This document shows positions 9,326 through 19,305 of a stretch of DNA of 64,000 nt, in pieces (positions within the stretch are counted from its first letter, which is position 1; the number at the start of each line of letters is the position of its first letter). Origin of the DNA: an uncultured Verrucomicrobiae bacterium (GTDB lineage Bacteria > Verrucomicrobiota > Verrucomicrobiia > Chthoniobacterales > JAFAMB01); assembly GCA_963762565.1 (NCBI GenBank), contig CAVXLD010000003.1, positions 416,001 to 480,000 on the forward strand. The letters are read 5' to 3'. A program made the position numbers and the translations under genes. The notes under the pieces were generated by a model. It was not told the DNA's origin, made no database searches, and saw only the letters and a list, made by a program, of their open reading frames with translations.

Positions 9326-9691
9326 TTACCTCGCGGCAGCGATCTGCGTGACCAAGTCCGGTAGTGTTCGCGTACTGATGGGTTTTACGACGTAGGCATC
9401 GCAACCGGCTGCCATCGCGTCTTCGCGCGTGTACCGCTCCGGGTAAAACGTGACGGCTAAGACGGGGATTTTTCCGGAGTGCGGGTCAGATCGCAATAGA
9501 CGGACGAGCGATAATCCGTCGCTGTCCGGAAGGGATAAGTCGACAATGATGATCTCGGGCTTGTCGCGATTAATGGACTCGATCGCTTGGCTTGCTCCTC
9601 TTGCTCCACTCACTCGGTGACCGGCAGCGCTCAACACAACGTGGACCAGCTTGAGGTGCAACGGATTATCTTCTACAGCCAGTACTTTAAT
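9326..9691 (-). CDS. Single-domain response regulator, probable ATT start
   Basis: (I/M)KVLAVEDNPLHLKL...IIVDLSLPDSDG...YVVKP; GGAGG 6 nt before ATT at 9691. Confidence 0.8.
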   Translation of the reverse strand: MKVLAVEDNPLHLKLVHVVLSAAGHRVSGARGASQAIESINRDKPEIIIVDLSLPDSDGLSLVRLLRSDPHSGKIPVLAVTFYPERYTREDAMAAGCDAYVVKPISTRTLPDLVTQIAAAR

Positions 9692-9704
9692 AGGCGTCCT
9701 CCAT

Positions 9705-10133
9705 TCACTCGTTACGTTTTTGGTTTCTCCGGCGCTGCAACAGATCGGCGACTTGCGCCGGTAGTTCCCGAGTGTTGATTGGCTTAGTTACGTACGCATC
9801 GCACCCCGCTGCAATGGCTCTTTGCCGGTCTGCTTTCATGGCGAATGCGGTTAGCGCCACGATAACGATATCTGCTGTTGGCGGGTCGTTTTTCAGTTTC
9901 TTAGTGAGAGTCAAGCCGTCGATCCCGGGAAGGTCGACATCCAAAAGGATAAGCTCCGGAGGATCCCTTTTGACGGTGGCCGCAGCCTCCTCGCCATCGG
10001 CAGCCTTTAGCACGCGATAACCTTCAAAGGCGAGCAGATCGGAGACCAATTTCAAATTGATCGGGTTATCGTCCACCACCAAAATGGTGGCCGCAGTTTT
10101 TGCAGCGTCCGGTTCTATATCGTTTGGTTTCAA
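9705..10133 (-). CDS. Single-domain response regulator (DivK-like)
   Basis: ILVVDDN, ILLDVDLPGIDG, ALTAFAM, YVTKP; start overlaps the kinase stop. Confidence 0.92.
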   Translation of the reverse strand: MKPNDIEPDAAKTAATILVVDDNPINLKLVSDLLAFEGYRVLKAADGEEAAATVKRDPPELILLDVDLPGIDGLTLTKKLKNDPPTADIVIVALTAFAMKADRQRAIAAGCDAYVTKPINTRELPAQVADLLQRRRNQKRNE

Positions 10134-11302
10134 GATAGGGAGTCTGAGTCAAGGGGCGGTAGAACCATGGGCAGCACAATCGTGAATTTTGTTCCTTTGC
10201 CGAATTCGCTCTCAACGTCAATTGTGCCCGATTGCAATTCAACAATTCTTCGGGTCAACGCCAAGCCTAATCCTGTTCCCTGCCCTCGGCGTTGCCCTGA
10301 GTTGATCTGCTCGAACTCCTTGAACAGACGTTTCACATCTTCAGGCTTGATCCCGATTCCGGTATCCGCAACGACCAGTCGAAAACGGCCCTGCTCGATT
10401 TTGATCGTGGTCACTTCAACCGTGCCGCCGTCGTCCGTGAACTTAACCGCATTCGCAAAAAGATTATATAGGACCTGTTTAAAGCGGTTCCGGTCGAGCG
10501 TCACTTCATCAAAATCAGGGTCCAGTTGAATCTTGATCTGCAGCTGCTTTTTCTGAGCGGTCAGTTCGAGGGCGGCATAGACATCATCGATGGCTTTTGC
10601 GATCGAGAACGACTCAGCCGAGAGTTCCATTTTTCCTGCCACCACTTTGGCGAGGTCGAGGACATCGTTGATGACGTGCAGCAGGTGTTTCCCGCTATGC
10701 AGAATGTCTTCCAGGTATTCTTTCTGCTTCGGATTGACAGTTCCTGGTTTTTCATCGGCTAAGAACTCCGCAAAACCGATAATGCCGTTGAGCGGCGTTC
10801 TGAGTTCGTGTGACATGTTTGCCAAAAACATGTCCCTGGCTTCCAACGTTCTTTGGAGTTCAATATTTTTCTCATATAGGGCCAGTTCGATTCTTCGCCG
10901 CTCGGTCCTGTCTCTGGTGACTTCGCTGAAGCCGAGTAGACGACCGTCGTGGTCCAACACTCTACTGACCGTCACCCTGGCCCAGAATCTTTGACCGTCT
11001 TTGCGAAAGCGCCACCCCTCATCCTGGGCCTGGCCGTAGACCAGAGCATTATTCAATATTTGCGCCGGTTTCCCGGCAGCTCTGTCCTCCTCGGGAAAAA
11101 AACAGGAAAAGTGTTTCCCGATGATCTCGTTGGCGCGGTATCCCTTGATTCGCGCGGCTCCCGCGTTCCATGTGGCCACGCGACCGGTAGCGTCGAGCAG
11201 GAAAATCGCATATTCCTGCAAACTCTCGATAAGCAGGCGCATCGAGTCCTCGCGCTCTCGAAGTACGGCTTTGTCCCGGGCCAATCGGTCAGACTCGTTC
11301 AT
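10130..11302 (-). CDS. PAS-domain sensor histidine kinase
   Basis: PAS (TWNAGAARIKGY), H-box FLANMSHELRTPLN, NAVKFT, DTGIG, GTGLGL. Confidence 0.95.
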   Translation of the reverse strand: MNESDRLARDKAVLREREDSMRLLIESLQEYAIFLLDATGRVATWNAGAARIKGYRANEIIGKHFSCFFPEEDRAAGKPAQILNNALVYGQAQDEGWRFRKDGQRFWARVTVSRVLDHDGRLLGFSEVTRDRTERRRIELALYEKNIELQRTLEARDMFLANMSHELRTPLNGIIGFAEFLADEKPGTVNPKQKEYLEDILHSGKHLLHVINDVLDLAKVVAGKMELSAESFSIAKAIDDVYAALELTAQKKQLQIKIQLDPDFDEVTLDRNRFKQVLYNLFANAVKFTDDGGTVEVTTIKIEQGRFRLVVADTGIGIKPEDVKRLFKEFEQINSGQRRGQGTGLGLALTRRIVELQSGTIDVESEFGKGTKFTIVLPMVLPPLDSDSLS

Positions 11303-11508
11303 GCTGGCTTCCAATTGGCTGTGAAAGTATCCCGGAGTCTGCCATTTCGAAAGCGCAAGCAGCTAAAAGCGGCTTCGTTCCCGCCCTCGTCGTCCCGCCG
11401 TCGCTGGCAATGGAGCTTATAACGTGCAACCTAAAAGCTATGGCGGGCAGGCTGTCCTTGTCCTCGAATTCGGGTGCGCGGAGTGGTAGAGGCGGTGGAG
11501 TGATGGAG

Positions 11509-11825
11509 TGTTGAAAAACCGGTTCTTCCGTCCCAGAGGGACAAACCGATGGTAGCCTGGCACGAAGTGCCTGGAATTACGGCCAGATTATGACCCGTCC
11601 CATAGGGACGGTATGATCGAGTAACACCGATGAGGCGATGTCCGAGGGCCTCCAACCGCGAACTGAGGTTTGCATTAAAGATCCGTTTCACGCCTAGCAG
11701 TCGCCAATCATACCGTCCCTATGGGACGGATCCGCTTGGGGATGCCTCCCCAGGCACTTCGTGCCAGGCTACCATCGATTTGTCCCTCCGGGACAGAAGA
11801 GCTCCGTTTTTCAACAGGCTGCTGG
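11509..11825. mobile_element. MITE/REPIN-like element with about 110-bp inverted arms (family D, CGTC-type palindromes)
   Basis: 11509-11617 is inverted at 11707-11816; arms carry CCGTCCC..GGGAC and GCCTGGCACGAAGTGCCTGG; termini TGTTGAAAAA/TTTTTCAACA. Confidence 0.75.
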
Positions 11826-11844
11826 GGCTTTAGCCGGCTGTTTC

Positions 11845-12324
11845 TTATTCTTCCCCGTCGAAGTAATCGAGGTCGCCAGACCGGATAATCTTTCGTTCCG
11901 GTGACTGCACTACCCATTTGTTACTGTCCGGGAAGTAGGTTGACTCACCGATGGGATTGTCGGCTACCACATAGACGATGAGGTCCTGGGGACCGTCATT
12001 GATAAGCTGATGCGGTTCTCCTGGTTTGAAAAGGAAAGCATCGCCCGATTCAATGTCAGTCATGCCATCCTGGTGGCGGACCTTACCAGCGCCTGAAATG
12101 ACGTGGTAGAACTCCCATTGCGCACTATGAGAGCCGTAAGGATAAGGGGTTTTACCCGGCGGAATGCGACAGATCTCGACATCAAACGGGTGACGCCGGT
12201 TGAGGTCGGTCGAATAAGGATCGCGGCCTAGAGCTTCGGACACCTCTTTGCCGGCTCCCACAAATTTTCCTTTGGGCGACGACCAAGAAATCTCCGAGAG
12301 AGTGTTGGTGTTTATTTTGAGCAT
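11845..12324 (-). CDS. Cupin domain protein
   Basis: YGSHSAQWEFYHVISG and PGEPHQLIN cupin motifs. Confidence 0.85.
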   Translation of the reverse strand: MLKINTNTLSEISWSSPKGKFVGAGKEVSEALGRDPYSTDLNRRHPFDVEICRIPPGKTPYPYGSHSAQWEFYHVISGAGKVRHQDGMTDIESGDAFLFKPGEPHQLINDGPQDLIVYVVADNPIGESTYFPDSNKWVVQSPERKIIRSGDLDYFDGEE

Positions 12325-12497
12325 CGTTTTTGAGAGATCGTTAGGGTCAGCGTTTTTCTAATCTAGAGGCTTAGCAGGGAAAGTTCGGCATAGCCCAGGT
12401 AATGATCTATAACCCGCTGCGGCAGGTAAGGATCCGGTCGGCGCAGGGATGAGTGGTCTCATCCCTGCGATTCAGCGCTTTATCCCAGTTGGCTAGC

Positions 12498-12956
12498 TTA
12501 TGATTGGCCAGCGGTAGCGCACTCTTTTTGGAATGCTTCGGCTCTCTTCTTGAGCTCATCAGGAGGCACATCTTCCACGTGGGTCGCAATGCCCCAGAGA
12601 TTGCCGAATGGGTCTTGGACTGATGCGTTACGATCGCCGTAGAAGGCGTTCTGCGGTGCTCGAACCGACGTCGCGCCTGACTTAAGCGCGCGCTCGTAAG
12701 CCGCGTCTACGTCGTCGACGTAAACATACAGCGAATTCTGTTTCGCCGGCCATTGAGGCATCGCGTCGCCAACCATCAACGCCGAATCGCCAATGCTCAG
12801 TTCGGCATGCATGATCTTTCCGTCGGGTCCGTCCATTTTAAAGCGATCTTGGGCGTTAAAAACGAATTTGATGAAATCGATGAATTGTTGGGCGCCTTCG
12901 ACACAAAAACTCGGCGTAATTGAATGGTAACCTTCCGGGATCGGTTGAGTGGCCAT
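12498..12956 (-). CDS. VOC/glyoxalase (PhnB-like) protein
   Basis: IPEGYHSITP, HAELSIGDS, FYGDR..V.DPFGN.W. Confidence 0.92.
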   Translation of the reverse strand: MATQPIPEGYHSITPSFCVEGAQQFIDFIKFVFNAQDRFKMDGPDGKIMHAELSIGDSALMVGDAMPQWPAKQNSLYVYVDDVDAAYERALKSGATSVRAPQNAFYGDRNASVQDPFGNLWGIATHVEDVPPDELKKRAEAFQKECATAGQS

Positions 12957-13293
12957 ATGATTTGAATGGGTTGAACTAGTTGGAGTTGGTTTTTTAACGT
13001 TTTGGGTTTTAGATGGCTTAAGCGAGTAGCCTGGCCTTGGTGTTGGAACGGGTATTGCGTTGATGGGCGCTGGGAGTGTTGTGTGGGAGGAGGGGGTGGG
13101 ACGACGGGTGTGGGACGAGGGTGATGGGTCGAGCTAATGTTCAAGTGAACATGAATCGGGATTTAGCCTTGTCAAGACAGGATTGCTAGATAAGTCAGCT
13201 TCTCACGGTCCCCCAGACAGTCCAATTGATAGCAGTTGACTTCGTCCGGCAGCACGGAAGGAAAACCACAATCTGTGGGGGCTGCAGCCGCAT

Positions 13294-14664
13294 ATGCACA
13301 ATTCTTCTAAGACCCTTCCAAAGGATCCGTGGTTCGCTCCGGTGGATATCGGACAGGAGACTCCCGGTATCAATGCGATCCTTCAGCGATCGCACAACAC
13401 GCAATTGGTTCTCCACCTATTTCAACTGCATCGGCAGCTCACCCGTGCGGAAATTGCGGTGCGGACCGGCCTGACCTTTCAGACTGTCGCGAACATTTTG
13501 GATCGGTTGCATAGACGCCGCTGGGTTCGGAAGTTGCCTCCTCAGCGATTAACAACCCGGGGGGCTCAGTCGGTACCGTTCGAATTGCGCGGCGATGCTG
13601 CCTGTAGCGTTGGGCTACAGATTGATCGTGATCATATCTCGGGACTGATCCTCAATCTGGCCGGAGAACCATTAGCGAGAAGATCGGTCTCGGTTCTTTC
13701 ACCATCGCCAACTCAAGCATTGAAGACCTTAGGCAAGTTCGTGAAAGAGTTTAGAGACATCCCCGGCGTCGATGGACATTTGCTCGGGATGGGAATCGCT
13801 TTTTGCGGGCTATATGATGCCATTCGGGACCAGATCGATCATCCCCACCTTTTACTGGCTGAAGGCTGGAGAGGACTAAGAGTCAAAGAAGCATTTCGGA
13901 GGCTTTCCGATCCGGTTTCCGCCTCCGCAAGCTACGGCGCGACAGGTTCCGCCTCCGCAAGCTATGGCGCGACAGGTTCCGCCGCGTCCCGCGGCCGTAC
14001 GACCGCTGCTCGACAAGTTTTTCTGATACAAACGGACTCCCATGCGGCTGCGGTCGGCGAATATTGGGAACGATTCGGTCAGGCACCACGATGTCTGGCT
14101 TACGTCTATTTCGGCATTGGGTTAGGCTGTGGGATTATCTATCGCGGGCGGCATTTTGGTGGGACCGATGGATTAGCAGGAGAGATTGCCCATCTGCCGG
14201 CGATTCTGGAGACGGAACAGCGCAAGACCGCTCGCCTCTGTGAATGTGGTCGCAGAGGCTGTTTGGAGACCTATTTTTCCCTCTCAGCCTTTCTCCGGGA
14301 TTTGGGACCGGCAGACTGGAAAGCGAGGGCGCCGGATGTCTTGGTAGAAATGATTCGCAAGGAGAAAAAGGAGCGGTATCGGCGTTGGGTGAATCAGGCA
14401 GCGCGCAGATTTTGGATGGTTCTGCCAGTTCTGGCTCCGCTCTTGAATCCGGAGGTAGTGCTGTTAGGAGGCCCGGCGCCGAGCGTTTTATTGGACGACC
14501 TGGTAGAGGCGTTATCGAAGATACGGCAAGCCGAAGGAGTGGATGATCGATTGTTTTATCCACGAGTGGAGCGGGCACGGCTGACCCAGGATGCAGCGTT
14601 GATCGGGGTTGCCACCGGCGTTTTATACGAAGCATTACGGCCGGTTTTCGGGTTAAAAGAATAA
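13294..14664 (+). CDS. ROK family transcriptional regulator carrying an in-frame repeat insertion
   Basis: N-terminal wHTH (LTRAEIA..TGL), GIGLGCG, AGEIAH, CECGRRGCLE; insertion SASASYGATG x2. Confidence 0.9.
   Translation: MHNSSKTLPKDPWFAPVDIGQETPGINAILQRSHNTQLVLHLFQLHRQLTRAEIAVRTGLTFQTVANILDRLHRRRWVRKLPPQRLTTRGAQSVPFELRGDAACSVGLQIDRDHISGLILNLAGEPLARRSVSVLSPSPTQALKTLGKFVKEFRDIPGVDGHLLGMGIAFCGLYDAIRDQIDHPHLLLAEGWRGLRVKEAFRRLSDPVSASASYGATGSASASYGATGSAASRGRTTAARQVFLIQTDSHAAAVGEYWERFGQAPRCLAYVYFGIGLGCGIIYRGRHFGGTDGLAGEIAHLPAILETEQRKTARLCECGRRGCLETYFSLSAFLRDLGPADWKARAPDVLVEMIRKEKKERYRRWVNQAARRFWMVLPVLAPLLNPEVVLLGGPAPSVLLDDLVEALSKIRQAEGVDDRLFYPRVERARLTQDAALIGVATGVLYEALRPVFGLKE
13918..13983. repeat. 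Family E repeat, two 30-bp tandem units inside the ROK gene
   Basis: TCCGCCTCCGCAAGCTACGGCGCGACAGGT x2; matches intergenic 54015-54044 TCCGCCTTCGCAAGGCCTACGGCGCGACAAG. Confidence 0.85.
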
Positions 14665-14672
14665 TTCAAACC

Positions 14673-15698
14673 ATGAGCAAAACGAAGATACTCATAGATC
14701 CGCAGCCCCGGACGATGGACATGATTTTCAGGCCGGAGGTGCAACGGCGCTTGGCTGAAATCGCTGAGCTGACAGTATTTGATACCGGACGAATGCCGGC
14801 TGAGACGGTGGAGCAGGCGTTGCCGGAAAGTGAGATACTCGTTGGTCAAACTGATCTACCTCGGGAGCGCTTAAATCGAGCGCCTAAGCTGCGCGCTATT
14901 TTCAATGTGGAGGGAAATTTTCTTCCTAATGTCGATTATCAATGCTGTTTTGAGCGCGGGATTAGAGTGCTCATTGCGAGTCCGGCTTTTGCCGTAGCCG
15001 TGGCGGAGAGTGCTCTAGGTTTGGCGCTCGATTTGGTCCGGGGCATCAGTCGCAATCATGGAAAATTCAAAACCAGAACTGAAGATTACGGACTCACGAG
15101 CAATCAAGGTTGTCATTTGTTCACTGGGCTCAGGGTAGGTATTATCGGGTTTGGCGATTTAGGGCGCGCGTTTCGTCCGTTGGTGCAACCGTTTCGTTGT
15201 CCAGTAAAAGTGCATGACCCCTGGCTTCCTAGCCGGGAAATTTTGCGTTATGATTGTGTTCCCGCGAGTTTGGAAGAGGTTTTGTCCTGGTCGGATGCCG
15301 TCTTTGTCTTTGCGGGTGTGACCACGGAGAACCAAGGATTTTTGGGTCCCCGTGAATTGGCTCTTATCCGGCCCGGCGGCCTCTTCGTCTTGATGAGCCG
15401 GGCGGCAGTGGTCGATTTTGAAGCTTTGACTGATGCAGTTCGCAACGGACGGCTGCGAGTCGCTACCGACGTGTTCCCTGAAGAACCCCTTTCTCCTGAT
15501 CATCCAATTCGGGATCTGGAGAACACCGTGCTATCCGCTCACCGGGCCGGCGGTATGCCGGAAGCCTTCATCGAGATCGGGGATATGGTGTTGAGCGATC
15601 TGGAATTGCTAGTGCGAGGCCTGCCGCCGGTGAGTTGTAAGGTAGCGCAGCCTGAGACGGTGAGCCGTTTTCGGGGGAAGCCGGTTGCGGTGTCGTGA
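14673..15698 (+). CDS. D-isomer-specific 2-hydroxyacid dehydrogenase
   Basis: GIIGFGDLG, SRAAVVD, DVFPEEP, SAHRAG. Confidence 0.92.
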   Translation: MSKTKILIDPQPRTMDMIFRPEVQRRLAEIAELTVFDTGRMPAETVEQALPESEILVGQTDLPRERLNRAPKLRAIFNVEGNFLPNVDYQCCFERGIRVLIASPAFAVAVAESALGLALDLVRGISRNHGKFKTRTEDYGLTSNQGCHLFTGLRVGIIGFGDLGRAFRPLVQPFRCPVKVHDPWLPSREILRYDCVPASLEEVLSWSDAVFVFAGVTTENQGFLGPRELALIRPGGLFVLMSRAAVVDFEALTDAVRNGRLRVATDVFPEEPLSPDHPIRDLENTVLSAHRAGGMPEAFIEIGDMVLSDLELLVRGLPPVSCKVAQPETVSRFRGKPVAVS

Positions 15699-15839
15699 GG
15701 AGCGAAACGGCGAGTGGACGGAGTGGACTAAGTTGACGTAGTAGACAAAGTGGATGCCGTGAAGCTGGCGCGTCCACTCGGTCCACTAAGTCTACTCCGT
15801 CCACTTAGTCCACTATGCCGGTGCGCCGTTACGCCTCAA

Positions 15840-17234
15840 CTAGCTCCTCGGCAACAATCGCCCACTCATGTGAGCAGCCGCTAGCAGTACCACCACGGTG
15901 AGACCTGTGGCCCAGGCGAAACCAGTTGTCAGGGAGAATGACTGCATGATGGTGCCCAGTAAGGCTACGCCTATGGTACCACCGACTTGGCGGGCGGAAT
16001 TTAGGAGGCCCGAGGCAAGGCCTGAGTGTTTAGGATCGGATGAGATCAAAACACCGGCCGTCATCGCAGGCATGATCGAACCCATCGCGGCGCCTAATAC
16101 CCCAAGTCCGGCAGCGGTGAGCCAGAGCGCGGGAAAGAAAGTGCTAGCCACCAGCGCGGCAGAGCCGATCGCGGCTGCAGCAAACCCGAGGGAGATTCGC
16201 GGGCGCAAATACCGAAGCCCGTTCTTATGGCCAAGCACCCGGCTCACAATCGTCGGTACTAGTGTAAACGGGGTGATCACCGCCCCGGCAGTGAAAGCTC
16301 CTAGGGACAGGCCATTTTGGAGGTAAACGGATTCCGCAAACAGAATGCCGTACATACAAAAATTCAGGATGAAACCGACGCTGATGCAAGCCGAGAAGGT
16401 AGTCTTAGAGAACAGAAAACCAGGAAGCACCGGATGATCGCTGCGGCGTTCGAGCCAGACGAAGAGAGCAGCCGAAAAGAAGAAGCAACCAAATCCTGCC
16501 AGGGCGAAGGCGCTGCTGCAGCCTTGGCGACCGGCCTCGATCAAACCGTAGGTGAGAGCAAGTAAAGCGGATCCCAGGGTGGCTTGGCCTGGCCAGTCGA
16601 TGCGGCGAGGAGAATCGACACGGGCTTCTTTGATCCAGCAGTGGTTTAGCCATATCGCGACTATGCCGACCGGAATGTTTAGCCAAAAGATACTTCGCCA
16701 GCCGATCCAAGCAGTCAGTATCCCACCTAAAACCGGGCCAGCCGCAAAGCCGAGGCTGGCAGTATTCGCCCAGGAACTGACGGCGTGACCGCGTTCTACC
16801 GGATCTGGAAAGGTATGCGACAAAATGGCGAGTGAAGCCGGGACCATGATGGCGGCGCCAAGTCCCTGCATGACACGAGCGAAAATCAGCACGGGCAAAG
16901 AGGTGGACAAGGCCGATAAGAGCGAGGCGCCTGTGAATAAGATCAAACCGACCTGATAGGACCGTTTGATCCCGGCGCGGTCTCCGATTGCGCCCGCCGC
17001 CAGCAGTAAGCTAGCAAACACTAACGTGTAGCTGTTCACCACCCATTGGAGATCGCTGATACGGTTGCCAAACTCATGGCCCAGGGCCGGCGTAGCAATG
17101 TTGAGGGCCGTGGTATCGAGTAGAACCAAGAAGAATCCAAAACAAACCGCAAATAGCGTCCTCGGGCGACTCCGGTCCGCTTTCGATTCTAATACCGGCA
17201 TGTCTAAGCCAAGACGGTCGGTTGTATCCACCAT
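15840..17234 (-). CDS. MFS transporter, DHA2 (EmrB/QacA) type
   Basis: LDTTALNIA.P, QWVVNSY, GPVLGG...WRSIFWLNIP; about 14 TM. Confidence 0.9.
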   Translation of the reverse strand: MVDTTDRLGLDMPVLESKADRSRPRTLFAVCFGFFLVLLDTTALNIATPALGHEFGNRISDLQWVVNSYTLVFASLLLAAGAIGDRAGIKRSYQVGLILFTGASLLSALSTSLPVLIFARVMQGLGAAIMVPASLAILSHTFPDPVERGHAVSSWANTASLGFAAGPVLGGILTAWIGWRSIFWLNIPVGIVAIWLNHCWIKEARVDSPRRIDWPGQATLGSALLALTYGLIEAGRQGCSSAFALAGFGCFFFSAALFVWLERRSDHPVLPGFLFSKTTFSACISVGFILNFCMYGILFAESVYLQNGLSLGAFTAGAVITPFTLVPTIVSRVLGHKNGLRYLRPRISLGFAAAAIGSAALVASTFFPALWLTAAGLGVLGAAMGSIMPAMTAGVLISSDPKHSGLASGLLNSARQVGGTIGVALLGTIMQSFSLTTGFAWATGLTVVVLLAAAHMSGRLLPRS

Positions 17235-17311
17235 GGCCGGAGAACTAAATCACTGGAGCCATCTTATAAAATGATTCTTTGAAATAGAATCCATCTGATT
17301 TATTGATTGCT

Positions 17312-18178
17312 ATGCAAGTCTCCGATCTTAATCTCTTTGCCGCTGTGGCCAGGCACGGCAGCATTACCAAAGCCGCGAGCAGACTGAATACGGTGCAGTC
17401 CAACGTGACGACCCGGCTCCGTTTATTGGAGGAGGAATTGGGGGTGTCGCTGTTTCAGCGGCACCATCATGGAGTATCGTTGACCCGGTCGGGGCGCGAT
17501 TTGCTGCCGTACGCGCACCAACTGGATGTGCTTCTGCAGAAGGCCAAGGCTGCCGTGGCGTCGGACGGAGCGATCCGGGGAGCGTTACGAATAGGATCGT
17601 TGGAGACCACCGCGGCGGCGCGTCTACCCAGCCTACTAAGAAAATATGTACCCGCTCATCGCAATGTTGATTTGGCCATTGAGACCGGAACTACGCGGAC
17701 CCTGATGCAAGCGGTTCTGGAATATCGATTGGACGGAGCTTTTGTGGCTGGGCCGGTGGAGGTGGATGAGCTGGATGAGACAGTGAGTTTTGTGGAGGAA
17801 CTCGTGTTGGTGAGCTCCCCTGAGCACAAATCGGTGCCTGCTGCCTTACAGGAAGGGACAATGCCCAAATTGTTTGTTTTTCGGGTGGGCTGTTCTTATC
17901 GCCAGAAATTGGAGCGGTTTCTAGCTGGTCGTGGTGTGAGTTTGGTCAATCAACTCGAGATGGGTACCCTGGAAGGGATTCTGGGATGTGTTAGCGCCGG
18001 TCTCGGTATCACCATGATGCCGTTATCGGTGGTTGAACCATACGCCAAACGCCGGGAGGTGGCGGTTCATCGGCTGGCGGCGTCGGAAGCCCGGGTTGAC
18101 ACGGTGTTCATTACGCGACGAGAAGCGGTCCGTTCGCCGGCTTTGGAAGAGTTCTTATCAGTACTCAGTAATCAGTGA
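17312..18178 (+). CDS. LysR family regulator, divergent from the MFS gene
   Basis: GSITKAASRLNTVQSNVTTRLRLLEEELG. Confidence 0.95.
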   Translation: MQVSDLNLFAAVARHGSITKAASRLNTVQSNVTTRLRLLEEELGVSLFQRHHHGVSLTRSGRDLLPYAHQLDVLLQKAKAAVASDGAIRGALRIGSLETTAAARLPSLLRKYVPAHRNVDLAIETGTTRTLMQAVLEYRLDGAFVAGPVEVDELDETVSFVEELVLVSSPEHKSVPAALQEGTMPKLFVFRVGCSYRQKLERFLAGRGVSLVNQLEMGTLEGILGCVSAGLGITMMPLSVVEPYAKRREVAVHRLAASEARVDTVFITRREAVRSPALEEFLSVLSNQ

Positions 18179-18505
18179 GAGGTGATTGGAATCCTGGAGC
18201 GTGCCTCGTTGAGTGTTGTTGCGGCGAGGCAAGCAGGGAGGGATCGCGTCCCCGCGATCCGTGATCGGAGCCGAGCGGGTTGGAAACCCGGCAAACAGAT
18301 TACGTAAGTGGGTTATAGAAAGTCTTCGCAGCGCGCGAGGCTGCCGCCGCTTCGCTATGTCGCGCCCTGGCTCCAGGTTTGATAACGCCAAAGAACCTAG
18401 CCGCGGCGAAGGCCTTGCGTAGTCGGGACGCGCGCCCTCCCGGGATCGGACGAAGCGCGCCCCACCAAAATTGGACCCTGGCTGAACCGGTGGTAAGAAG
18501 GGCTA

Positions 18506-18799
18506 ATGGCAGCGTACGTAATCTCTGAGGTTTCTGAAGTTGTGGATCCGGTTACAATGGAGGTGTACAGAAAATTGGCCGAGAAAACGATCAACCAGTA
18601 TGGCGGGCGTTATCTTGTTCGAGGTGGGGCATGGGAGAGCTTGGAGGGAGAATGGGCATTAGAACGGACGATCGTGGTAGAATTTCCCTCCTGGGAACAG
18701 GCGAAAGCTTGGTATCAATCGCCGGAATATGTGAAGGTGCGTGAGCTAAGCCGGGTGGCGCTCAAGCGAAAGATGTTGATGGTGGAAGGTGCTTCTTAA
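18506..18799 (+). CDS. DUF1330 protein
   Basis: YGGRYLVRGG...EFPS.E.AKAWY.SPEY. Confidence 0.9.
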   Translation: MAAYVISEVSEVVDPVTMEVYRKLAEKTINQYGGRYLVRGGAWESLEGEWALERTIVVEFPSWEQAKAWYQSPEYVKVRELSRVALKRKMLMVEGAS

Positions 18800-18806
18800 G
18801 GACCGC

Positions 18807-19253
18807 ATGAGCACGCTCATCCACGAGCGAGTCGAACTAGCGAGACGTGGGCTGAGTCCACAGGTGATCTGTCGACTTAAGTCAGGATGGGCGGTGCTGG
18901 GAGATTCGCAGTTTATTGCCGGTTACAGTTTGCTGCTGCCGGATCCGCTGGTTCCCTCTCTTAACGATTTAGCGCCGGACCAACGGGCACAATTTCTTTT
19001 GGACATGACCGCTATCGGTGACGCGCTTCTAGCTACGACCGATGCTTATCGGATCAACTATGAAATCCTGGGAAATACTGAACCGGCGCTCCATGTCCAT
19101 ATTTTTCCCCGTAGGATGTCGGAGGCGAATGAATACCGGTTTGGTCCTGTCTTCGCCTATCCGAAGGCTGACCGAGAAAGCCGGCCGTTTGATCCTGCTA
19201 GAGATGATCGGTTGCTTCGATCGCTTCGAGATTTCTTGAAAACAAATGCCTAG
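18807..19253 (+). CDS. HIT-like hydrolase
   Basis: RINYEILGN.EPALHVHIFPR (first His of the triad absent). Confidence 0.8.
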   Translation: MSTLIHERVELARRGLSPQVICRLKSGWAVLGDSQFIAGYSLLLPDPLVPSLNDLAPDQRAQFLLDMTAIGDALLATTDAYRINYEILGNTEPALHVHIFPRRMSEANEYRFGPVFAYPKADRESRPFDPARDDRLLRSLRDFLKTNA

Positions 19254-19305
19254 ACTATGTAACTGAATTTCTCACCACGGCCTTGCAAGCAAGGCACGCT
19301 CCACG

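Noticed and set aside
12797..13144. Pro-rich ORF upstream of the VOC gene
   Set aside because: Low complexity, TTG start, and overlaps the VOC gene out of frame; cannot be supported
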